A DNA stretch of 64,000 nt, from positions 1 to 64,000 of IMG/VR virus record IMGVR_UViG_3300018080_000009. The stretch is one strand, 5' to 3'. The DNA comes from a virus. Below the pieces are notes generated by a model. The model made no database searches, was not told the DNA's origin, and saw only the letters and a program-made list of their open reading frames with translations. Made by a program: the position numbers and the translations under genes. Every line of letters starts with the position of its first letter. Position 1 is the first letter of the stretch. This document shows, piece by piece, positions 1-7,611 of this stretch.

Positions 1-201
1 AGGAAAGAAATTGATGAAAATGGTGAATTCTGGGGGGTAGCAACTATTCCGATGAATTGGGGAAGCTGCGAAATTTGTAAGAAGCCAATTCCGAGAGAAG
101 AAGTCCAAGCATTTCAAGAAGAGTCCGGGACTAACGAATATCCTGCTACTTGTTTTGATTGTGCTGAGCAAGAAGCGTTGGAGTATAGGAGGACAAAATG
201 A
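1..201 (+). CDS. Partial (5'-truncated) protein with a DksA/TraR-like C4 zinc finger
   Basis: Manual translation of frame 1: ...GSCEICKKPIPREEVQAF...PATCFDCAEQEALEYRRTK*; the CxxC-xxIP...CxxC pattern resembles DksA/TraR fingers. Not in the ORF track. Confidence 0.5.
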   Translation, partial: RKEIDENGEFWGVATIPMNWGSCEICKKPIPREEVQAFQEESGTNEYPATCFDCAEQEALEYRRTK

Positions 202-557
202 CACCGTGGTACAGAAGAGTACAGATGGATACGGTAATAGTTTCAGTAGATAAGGATGACATTGCAAGAGCTGGAGTATTATTCGAAGATGATGAAGAGC
301 TCGATTGGTTTATTCAGGATTACGTATTAGAGCGGCTACAGAAAGATTTTCCGGATTTTGATTTAGGCGGGAAGCTAGGAAAGAGCACATTCGCATACCT
401 AGAGTGGGATGGGTACGACTATAAATTGGATTTGCTATTTGAAGATCCTATTTATGATGCCATTGAGGATTCGGCTCAGGAATGGAATGACCTAACGCTT
501 CAAGACCTATTAGAAGACCCCGAGGGATTGAGGGATATGATAGAAAGGAACAGATAA
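198..557 (+). CDS. Hypothetical acidic phage protein
   Basis: AGGAGG SD upstream; ATGA overlap with the previous stop. Confidence 0.7.
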   Translation: MTPWYRRVQMDTVIVSVDKDDIARAGVLFEDDEELDWFIQDYVLERLQKDFPDFDLGGKLGKSTFAYLEWDGYDYKLDLLFEDPIYDAIEDSAQEWNDLTLQDLLEDPEGLRDMIERNR

Positions 558-754
558 TGATGATGCTAACTCTTGAGTGTCGGGAATGTGGGAGGACTGC
601 CAATTTCTCTGGTAGAGAAGCAAGGGACATAATCGAACAGGTAGATGTTCTGGGATGGGATCTATTTCCAGTAGGAGATGGCCTAGGAGGATTGTGTCCA
701 GACTGTTACTCCAAAGTAGATGGGAGTGAAGAAGTCCCAGACTATCTGAGATAG
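557..754 (+). CDS. Small C4 zinc-finger protein
   Basis: CRECG...LCPDC; translationally coupled (TAATG). Confidence 0.65.
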   Translation: MMMLTLECRECGRTANFSGREARDIIEQVDVLGWDLFPVGDGLGGLCPDCYSKVDGSEEVPDYLR

Positions 755-764
755 GAGAATAATA

Positions 765-953
765 ATGTATCATTTAATCAAGGAAGTGCTCCTGTCTTTA
801 AATGAGATATATGGTCATTTAGGTGCGGCTGAGATTCAGTCAATACCTTCTGACGATCAGATAATTATGAATCATGTAAGGGATGCGAAGAGGATAACGG
901 AGACCACCATGATTTTAGTCAAAGCATTGAGAAAATTGGCAGAGGAGGAATAA
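765..953 (+). CDS. Hypothetical protein
   Basis: AGGAG SD; tightly packed with neighbours. Confidence 0.6.
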   Translation: MYHLIKEVLLSLNEIYGHLGAAEIQSIPSDDQIIMNHVRDAKRITETTMILVKALRKLAEEE

Positions 954-954
954 A

Positions 955-1179
955 ATGCCTATACCCCGTAATGAATTGACCAAGAGGTTCGTAGAATTTT
1001 GCAAAACAAAGGAAACGCTTCAAGGTTGTGCTATGTTAATGGCTATAGTACGACTAGCAAACATCTCTCTAGACGTGGACCTGGAATATGGAACCAATAC
1101 CTATGCCCAGCTGAATGAATTGATGGACGTAGAAGGGGTTGCAGCTTCCTTGGAGGAAATTATAAAAGGAGGTGATTAG
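955..1179 (+). CDS. Hypothetical protein
   Basis: GAGGAGG SD; tightly packed. Confidence 0.6.
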   Translation: MPIPRNELTKRFVEFCKTKETLQGCAMLMAIVRLANISLDVDLEYGTNTYAQLNELMDVEGVAASLEEIIKGGD

Positions 1180-1574
1180 AATGAGGCCCTAAGTACTCAA
1201 TAAGTTCTGATGTCATAGAATAATCTCGCACAAAATATCCCCGAACAATAAGAAGACTCCCCGTAGATGTAAAATCTATCCATAGAAGTCCGTTATGCAT
1301 ACCAAAGGTATCAAGCTATCTATAGGTTTGATTCCATTCACAAATAGGTTGAGAATCTAACAAGTTTCGACCCTTAAAGTTTCAGATCTGCAGCAGGGGG
1401 CCAACTGACATTTTTACTGGGTAGAGCATAAAGGTGTACTGCATTTATTGTGTGTGGGGTAGTGGAGTAGTGGTTTATTGGTGTGCGTGTTGAGATTATG
1501 TATTGGTAGAATGGGGTGGGGTATGCGTAGGGGTGTGGGATGTGTTATTGTAATAGGAGACATAGGAGAGAGAC

Positions 1575-4445
1575 ATGGAAGAGATGAACAGCAGGGTGGA
1601 CGAGATTGGGAGTGGTGTAGGGAGTGAGGTAGGGGATTTTTCCGGCGAATTGTCTAATGAGCAGTGTGCGAAGTTAGCGGACATGGTGATGATGTTTGCT
1701 GAGGAGATGATAGGGTTTGAGTTATACCCATATGAGAGGGAGTTTGGGTGGCGGATATGTTATTCAGTAATTATTGAGGATGCGGAGGAGATCACCGCGC
1801 TTTTTTCCAGGCAGAGTGGGAAGACGGAGACGGTAGCGACGGTAGTAGATGCGTTGATGGTATTACTTCCAGTATTTGCGAAGGTACTTAGCAGTGATAG
1901 CAGGTTATTGAAGTTCAGGAACGGGTTTTGGGTAGGGATTTACGCACCTGGGTATGAGCAATCTGAGATAATGTTTGATAGGATGAAGGCGCGGATGTAC
2001 AGCAAAGCCAGTATGAAGATCCTGCTTGATCCTGATATTGACATTGATTTATTGGATGCGCCGAAAAATATGGAGTTACCTAACGGTTCGTTTGCGCATT
2101 GTGGTACGGCGGCGCCACAAGCCAGTATCGAGGGCAAGACATTTCATTTAATCATTTTTGAAGAATGTGTAGGACCTGAATCGTTAGTTACGACTCCTGA
2201 TGGTGACTTTCCTATAGTTGATTTGGTTGAGAATTCATATAGCGGAAAAGTCCGTGCTTTTTCTCATGATAAAAACGAAATAGTGTGGGCAGATGTTCTG
2301 GGGGTATTAGAAATTGAACCCCGTCATCAGTGTTTCGAATTGACCTTCTCTGATAATACTGTCCACAGGTGTACTGGAGATCATCGTTGGTTTATTGAGG
2401 GCGTTGGTTATGTATCTACTTATCAGCTTTATACGTTGGCGTATTTTTCTTATAATAATAGTAAGTTAGGAGTTGATAGTGATACTAACCGATCAAATGC
2501 TATTAGGAACTCTATTAGGAGATGGCTCTCTGAATTACCCGGACAAGAAATACTCGAAAAGTCCGCGGTATGTGATGAATCATTCTACGAAACAGATCGA
2601 ATATGCGAAGGAGAAGCTCAAGAGACTGAAGAAATATGGTGCAGAAAAAATACAAATAGTAAAGAATCCAGGAAAAGGAAAGATGTGGGCTCGGATAGTG
2701 GGGAAATGTCGACCAGAACTGATTCCATATCACGAAGCGTTTTATCCAAAGGGGAAGAAAGGAGTATCTCAAAGAATTCTGAATTCCCTAGACAAAGAAG
2801 GTCTAGCTTGGTGGTGGATGGACGACGGCCATGTAAATACGAGACAGAATATGGGTCAGTTATCGACGAACGGTTTCACCAAAGAAGAGACAGAGATGAT
2901 TTCCAGTTGGTTTGTAACGAAATGGGGAGTAAATTCTGTAGTGCAATTAGAGAACAGATCGATGACGTATCAATTGAGATTCAGGGTAAGAGATTTGGAG
3001 ATGCTATCTACAGTAATCAGGGATTACGTATTCGATTCTATGATGCACAAAGTAATACCTACGAGAGAGGCGGTATGCGCCATCTGTCAAAAGACGTTTG
3101 CTCCAAAGAAGATAAGAGTACCGAACCCGTGTTGTTCATTAGAATGCAGGAAGATAAGAAAGAAGGAATACGACTTATTAAGATCCAAGGAATTGAAAGC
3201 CCTCCGAAAGTCTATGATCTAAAAACATCCGAAGGTAATTTCTTTGTGGGAAATGTTCTTACCCACAACTGCCAAGACATCAGTAGTGAGAAGATACGTG
3301 CGAGCATTCATCCCATGGCGAGTGCGACTGCGGGAACGCTAATAAAGATTGGAACCTGTAGTCCGAATAAGAGTGATTTTTACGAAGCGTGCAGGAGAAA
3401 TCAGAGAAATGATGTTAACAAAGGATTAGCACGCAGCAAGTATCGAGCTCACTTTCAATATGACTATACTGTTGCGCAAAGGTATAACCCTCGGTATCGG
3501 AAATACGTGGAGAAGGAGAAAGAGCGACTGGGCGAGGATTCCGATGAATTCAAGATGAAATACCGACTTATTTGGATGTTAGAACGAGGCATGTACGTCA
3601 GTCCCGATATGCTAGATGAGTGTGGGGTGAAGACCAGTAATGATAAAGTTACTGTTGAAAAGGGAAAAGGCCGGAGGAAGAAAGTATTTACATTCACACG
3701 TAGTTCCAACGTAACCACCTACGACCCGTTGAATTCTGATATTTGTGCGGCGATAGACGTAGGTAGGGAGAATTCGACTGTAGTTACCGTAGCGAAAGTA
3801 TTCTGGGAATGTCCTGTACTTTACGGTGACGAAGACAGGTATTTTTGTCATGTGTACAATTGGTTGGAATTAGTTGGTGATCAACACGAAGCCCAATGGC
3901 CACAGATACTTGAGTTCCTCGATAATTATCTAATTGGACAAGTAATCGTTGATGCAACTGGAAAGGGAGATCCCGTATATTCACGACTTGCGGCGGAATT
4001 AGATTCCAAAGGGATCACAGTCACGCCATTTTTATTCTCCAGCCAGAGCAAAGACGTTGGGTACAAAGTACTGTTACAAGAATTGACTGCGCGTAGAATG
4101 ACTTTTCCAGCTGGATCTAGAGTTACGAGGATGAAAAAATATCAGAGATTTTATCAACAAATGTGTGACCTCGAAAAAAGATGGCGTGGACAGACGATGG
4201 TAGTTGAGAAACCCCGTGATGTTCAAGACGCGCATGACGACTATCCTGACTCACTTATGATGTTGTGTTGGTTAGTAAACGTCAGGGGTAGTATGGAAGT
4301 AGAAACTGCTCCAAATATGTTATTAGGTAGAATGAGTGGAATGGCTTCTAATATGGCGACAAGTGCCAGAGAGTGGTATCGTAAAAGAGTAAGTACTCCA
4401 AGGAGAGTACCGCGACCTAGCCATAGAGGAAGGTGGGATAGTTAA
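1575..4445 (+). CDS. terL: Terminase large subunit precursor containing an intein (956 aa; about 588 aa spliced)
   Basis: Walker A SRQSGKT; Walker B LIIFEE|CQD split by the intein; RNase H-like nuclease motifs AIDVGR, VDATGKGD, HDDYPDS; upstream of the portal gene. Confidence 0.95.
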   Translation: MEEMNSRVDEIGSGVGSEVGDFSGELSNEQCAKLADMVMMFAEEMIGFELYPYEREFGWRICYSVIIEDAEEITALFSRQSGKTETVATVVDALMVLLPVFAKVLSSDSRLLKFRNGFWVGIYAPGYEQSEIMFDRMKARMYSKASMKILLDPDIDIDLLDAPKNMELPNGSFAHCGTAAPQASIEGKTFHLIIFEECVGPESLVTTPDGDFPIVDLVENSYSGKVRAFSHDKNEIVWADVLGVLEIEPRHQCFELTFSDNTVHRCTGDHRWFIEGVGYVSTYQLYTLAYFSYNNSKLGVDSDTNRSNAIRNSIRRWLSELPGQEILEKSAVCDESFYETDRICEGEAQETEEIWCRKNTNSKESRKRKDVGSDSGEMSTRTDSISRSVLSKGEERSISKNSEFPRQRRSSLVVDGRRPCKYETEYGSVIDERFHQRRDRDDFQLVCNEMGSKFCSAIREQIDDVSIEIQGKRFGDAIYSNQGLRIRFYDAQSNTYERGGMRHLSKDVCSKEDKSTEPVLFIRMQEDKKEGIRLIKIQGIESPPKVYDLKTSEGNFFVGNVLTHNCQDISSEKIRASIHPMASATAGTLIKIGTCSPNKSDFYEACRRNQRNDVNKGLARSKYRAHFQYDYTVAQRYNPRYRKYVEKEKERLGEDSDEFKMKYRLIWMLERGMYVSPDMLDECGVKTSNDKVTVEKGKGRRKKVFTFTRSSNVTTYDPLNSDICAAIDVGRENSTVVTVAKVFWECPVLYGDEDRYFCHVYNWLELVGDQHEAQWPQILEFLDNYLIGQVIVDATGKGDPVYSRLAAELDSKGITVTPFLFSSQSKDVGYKVLLQELTARRMTFPAGSRVTRMKKYQRFYQQMCDLEKRWRGQTMVVEKPRDVQDAHDDYPDSLMMLCWLVNVRGSMEVETAPNMLLGRMSGMASNMATSAREWYRKRVSTPRRVPRPSHRGRWDS
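2428..2472 (+). promoter_or_regulatory. Internal sigma70-like promoter and RBS for the nested endonuclease
   Basis: TTTATA (2428-2433), 17 nt spacer, TATAAT (2451-2456); SD AGGAG at 2468-2472, 6 nt before GTG 2479. Confidence 0.7.
2479..3222 (+). CDS. LAGLIDADG homing endonuclease (two-motif, C-terminal Cys4 finger) nested in the +1 frame of the intein
   Basis: Motifs MLLGTLLGDGSL and LAWWWMDDGH, then LSTNGFTKEE; C-terminal CAICQKTF...CCSLEC. The ORF track starts at TTG 2473; GTG 2479 fits SD spacing better. Confidence 0.9.
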   Translation: MILTDQMLLGTLLGDGSLNYPDKKYSKSPRYVMNHSTKQIEYAKEKLKRLKKYGAEKIQIVKNPGKGKMWARIVGKCRPELIPYHEAFYPKGKKGVSQRILNSLDKEGLAWWWMDDGHVNTRQNMGQLSTNGFTKEETEMISSWFVTKWGVNSVVQLENRSMTYQLRFRVRDLEMLSTVIRDYVFDSMMHKVIPTREAVCAICQKTFAPKKIRVPNPCCSLECRKIRKKEYDLLRSKELKALRKSMI

Positions 4446-4458
4446 ATGGAGATGGTTC

Positions 4459-4821
4459 ATGACCAAACATAGTAATGAAACAAAGAGAAAAATAAGTCAT
4501 AGTGTTAGGAGAACGAATTCAGTCAAGAAATATGGTTTGTCCCCTACTCAAGCACGTATGGAAGCACTTGCCGAAGGATTCAAAGAGGGACACCCAGAAG
4601 GTTTAGAAGTGAATACTGTTCGTAATTATGGTGACTTGGGAAAAGATACAGTTTACATTGGGGATGAACCCATTGTAGAAATACAGAAAGATGAAAGAAT
4701 CCTGGCATATGAAGAACAAAAACGACTTGAAGCTGAAAAAGCAAAAGAGGGCCCTAAACCAGATATAGTTTTTCAGAAGTTAAGTGTAGAAAAGCCAGAG
4801 AAAAACGCAGAATTAAAGTAG
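4459..4821 (+). CDS. Hypothetical protein with N-terminal NUMOD3-like motif
   Basis: KHSNETKRKISHS resembles the NUMOD3 consensus HSEETKxKIS; lies between terL and portal. Confidence 0.55.
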   Translation: MTKHSNETKRKISHSVRRTNSVKKYGLSPTQARMEALAEGFKEGHPEGLEVNTVRNYGDLGKDTVYIGDEPIVEIQKDERILAYEEQKRLEAEKAKEGPKPDIVFQKLSVEKPEKNAELK

Positions 4822-4830
4822 GAGGATCTA

Positions 4831-6408
4831 ATGGCCGATCTTGCATACCAAGCCAGTGCTCATGGCGGGATTCAGAATTTATTCGAAATGATGTTTGGCG
4901 ATGATCTGTACAGAGCACATTCGAGAAGGCTTTCGTTGTACAGACGATATTGGCAATTTTATTTGGGCAAGCATTGGTCATATGAAAGAGATCCGGGAGA
5001 GCCTACGACTACAGTCAACTATTCTAAGAGATGTTTGGATCTACATAATGATTTCACGTTCAAAAAAGGATTTTCAACAGTCATTCCAGATGACCCAGGG
5101 ACTCCAGAGGATGAAAAAAGTAATCGTGAATTCATTCGACTTATGTTGGAAGAGACTTGGAGGAGAAATAACAAGTTTCTTTGGGGGTTGGAAGCCGGCC
5201 AGATGGGTGGAGTCACTGGAGATTGTTTCGTTAGGATTTCTTGGGAGACTGAAGACCCCTTGGAAGACCCGTATGCCCGTGCTGATATTATCCCAAGCCA
5301 TTTGTGTTTCCCCGAATTTGGGGGACCGCACGGGGTCGACAGAAAAAAGCTAACCCGTATTGCGATTGTCACCCCTGTTTTCAAGTATCCTGAACAGTTA
5401 CCAGCAGCTCAGTATCGTAGCAGGTCAGTTGGAGTAGCTGCTCAAGTTACGATAAATGCCGAAGTATGGACGGCAGCTACATATAATAGGGATGGAACTA
5501 TCAAGACCCCATGTACTGTCCAGGAATATGTAGATGGTGAGCCTAGTGGAAATCCAGTTGTCAGTTCCTTGGGTGAAATTCCTGTAGTGCATATTCCGAA
5601 TTACCCTCTTGCTGGGGAATATTTTGGTCTGTCGGACATGATAGACAGTGTAGAAATCAATCGTGAGTTGAATGAGAAGATGACTGATATTTCAGACATC
5701 ATTAATTACCATGCTTCACCGCAGACAATTCTCTATGGAGTCAAGCTCAGGGATCTGGAAAAGGGTGCTAACAGGATGTGGGCTGTTCCAGCTGATGCTA
5801 GGGTAGAGAATTTGGAGTTGGATAGCAATCTCGAAGCTTCCAATAAGTACATTGAACTCCTGAGAAAGTCTTTATTCGAGTTGACAAGTACTCCTGAGAA
5901 CATTTTGGGTTCGACTACTCAAGCTATCAGCAATACGACTGGTGTTGCACTTCAGTTGCAGTTTCTTCCGATGATAGCGAAGAGAGATATTAAGGTTTTG
6001 ACCTATAGTCATGGTTTGAGACTTGTTAATAGGTTGATGATAAAGATTACGGAGCTTGCAGATCCTGATTTCAGAATGAAAATGAAAGGTCTGAAGGGAA
6101 ATAAGTATAGGAACAATGTAGTGTTCCCAGATCCATTGCCACATGACGAGTTGAAAGAGCTTGAGAAAGCAATAATGAAGATAGAAGCAGGATTGTCGGC
6201 CAGAAGATTAGAACTGGCTAATATGGGTAAGTCCCAGAAAGAGATTGAAGATATTCTGAAGATCATTGCTGATGAACAAGCTGAAGACAGAGAGAGTGAA
6301 TTCGATTGGGGTGTTTCGGGTTCGGGAAATAATCCTAGATCGACAGGGGGTCCAGATGGCACTCGTGGAGAGAAGATAACTAATACGACAATACAGAAGA
6401 ATGCATAG
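4831..6408 (+). CDS. Portal protein (SPP1 gp6-like)
   Basis: 525 aa after terL; FYLGKHW, VNYSK, GEIPVVHIPN, GLSDM, TGVAL motifs typical of SPP1-type portals. Confidence 0.9.
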   Translation: MADLAYQASAHGGIQNLFEMMFGDDLYRAHSRRLSLYRRYWQFYLGKHWSYERDPGEPTTTVNYSKRCLDLHNDFTFKKGFSTVIPDDPGTPEDEKSNREFIRLMLEETWRRNNKFLWGLEAGQMGGVTGDCFVRISWETEDPLEDPYARADIIPSHLCFPEFGGPHGVDRKKLTRIAIVTPVFKYPEQLPAAQYRSRSVGVAAQVTINAEVWTAATYNRDGTIKTPCTVQEYVDGEPSGNPVVSSLGEIPVVHIPNYPLAGEYFGLSDMIDSVEINRELNEKMTDISDIINYHASPQTILYGVKLRDLEKGANRMWAVPADARVENLELDSNLEASNKYIELLRKSLFELTSTPENILGSTTQAISNTTGVALQLQFLPMIAKRDIKVLTYSHGLRLVNRLMIKITELADPDFRMKMKGLKGNKYRNNVVFPDPLPHDELKELEKAIMKIEAGLSARRLELANMGKSQKEIEDILKIIADEQAEDRESEFDWGVSGSGNNPRSTGGPDGTRGEKITNTTIQKNA

Positions 6409-7289
6409 TGGCAGCATACGATAGACAATATTTGCAGAATCAGCGTGCGAAGCTCTTCAGTCGTATAACAAGGGAATATTCAGAGCTTAGAGAACCAGCT
6501 AGAAAACTTTATGATTTCACTTTAGAAGAATTGACGGTTGCATCCCTGATACTGAGTGGCACTCGGCTGACTCCTGCTGCGTCCGATACCATCCTGAAAA
6601 AATTAACCCCAAGAGTTAAAGATGTGTTGTTGGAATATGACCGAATTATTCGTGAAGGTGCGAGAAGTGCAGCATCTAGGGCTATTCAGACACAAGTTAA
6701 TTATCTCAATGCACATGGGATAAAGCCTTTGTCCGATGCTCAAAGAGCAGAAATCTTAGAAGAAGTCGTAGAGAATCTTGACAAGCCATTTCCCATAGGT
6801 TCTAGGATGAATATGACTGCAAGATTGGCTCGAATTGGGAGAAATCATGTCCAGCAAATAGGTAAACTTTTAAAAGAGTCTCATGAAGAAAAGCCGAAAG
6901 AAATAATTGCAAAGAAGTTGAGTTCTGCTATTAAGCATTCGGCTAAAGGAAGAGCAGGCGTAAAGGGTGGTAGTTTTGTTAAAGATGCTCAGAGATTGCT
7001 TACTGCGGAAGAAGCACGAATAGCAAGAGAAGCAGAAATAACATATGCGAAAAGAACGGGAGTTTTATACGGGTATTGGAGACTTTCTCCTAGGCATCCA
7101 GATTATGGTGGAAGGGAAGTCTGTGATCTTCTGTCATCAGAAACAGATTCAGATACTGTTATGTCCTTAAAAGACAGTGGGAATTTGAGCAGAGTTTCTG
7201 AGTTAGGTGGACTTTATAAACTTGACCAATGGCCAGAATACCCGCATCCTTTTTGTATATGCTATATGGAACCAAAAATAATTGGTTGA
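6408..7289 (+). CDS. Head morphogenesis/minor capsid protein (MuF/SPP1 gp7-like)
   Basis: Follows portal; WRLSPRHP...VCD...YPHPFCIC C-terminal motif. Confidence 0.7.
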   Translation: MAAYDRQYLQNQRAKLFSRITREYSELREPARKLYDFTLEELTVASLILSGTRLTPAASDTILKKLTPRVKDVLLEYDRIIREGARSAASRAIQTQVNYLNAHGIKPLSDAQRAEILEEVVENLDKPFPIGSRMNMTARLARIGRNHVQQIGKLLKESHEEKPKEIIAKKLSSAIKHSAKGRAGVKGGSFVKDAQRLLTAEEARIAREAEITYAKRTGVLYGYWRLSPRHPDYGGREVCDLLSSETDSDTVMSLKDSGNLSRVSELGGLYKLDQWPEYPHPFCICYMEPKIIG

Positions 7290-7296
7290 AAAGTTC

Positions 7297-7328
7297 TTGA
7301 CGAAAGTACAGTATCACTGTGATACTGT
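7297..7328 (+). promoter_or_regulatory. Promoter with overlapping 21-bp palindromic operator candidate
   Basis: TTGACG at 7297-7302; TG-n-GATACT at 7318-7326; perfect inverted repeat ACAGTATCAC-T-GTGATACTGT at 7308-7328. Confidence 0.55.
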
Positions 7329-7352
7329 TACGTAAATGAAAGGAGGCCCAGG

Positions 7353-7550
7353 ATGGGTAATAACAGTGCAGGTCGAGTTTCTGGAGGAAACGAAGGTAAG
7401 ACCGATATGGACCGAGGTTCGGTAGACATCGGTACGTATTCCAAGACCAAGCGCCAGACAGGAACTGTTCCTGGTGGCATGGGCAAGAAACCGAATTCCA
7501 ATAAACCCGACGACAACAAGGGAACTGTGAACGATCCCCGGTTGACCTAA
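7353..7550 (+). CDS. Small Gly/Lys/Asn-rich hypothetical protein
   Basis: Strong AAGGAGG SD; lies in the head operon. Confidence 0.6.
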   Translation: MGNNSAGRVSGGNEGKTDMDRGSVDIGTYSKTKRQTGTVPGGMGKKPNSNKPDDNKGTVNDPRLT

Positions 7551-7611
7551 AGTCACGAAATAGTTTACCACATGGCAAAGATATAGGATTTGAGATAACG
7601 GAGGCAAGACA

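Larger units (their letters stand above)
2166..3269 (+). mobile_element. Intein (368 aa, terL residues 198-565) inserted in Walker B
   Basis: Block A CVGPESLVTTPDG, block B RCTGDHRWF, block F VYDLKTSEGNFF, block G VLTHN followed by Cys+1; excision restores FHLIIFEECQDI. Confidence 0.95.

Noticed and set aside
2470-3222. Two compensating sequencing frameshifts hiding an ordinary in-frame intein nuclease
   Set aside because: Such errors would leave stops in the shifted frame. Both frames are open, the nuclease has its own SD, promoter and stop, and codon choice avoids stops. Not fully excluded without reads.
2166-3269. Group I intron as the explanation for the terL insertion
   Set aside because: Intein blocks A, B, F and G are all in frame with terL with Cys+1, the frame has no stops, and no intron core structure is evident.
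4895-5353. 152-aa alternative-frame ORF inside the portal gene
   Set aside because: No convincing SD, promoter or recognisable motif, unlike the intein case; treated as a chance frame.
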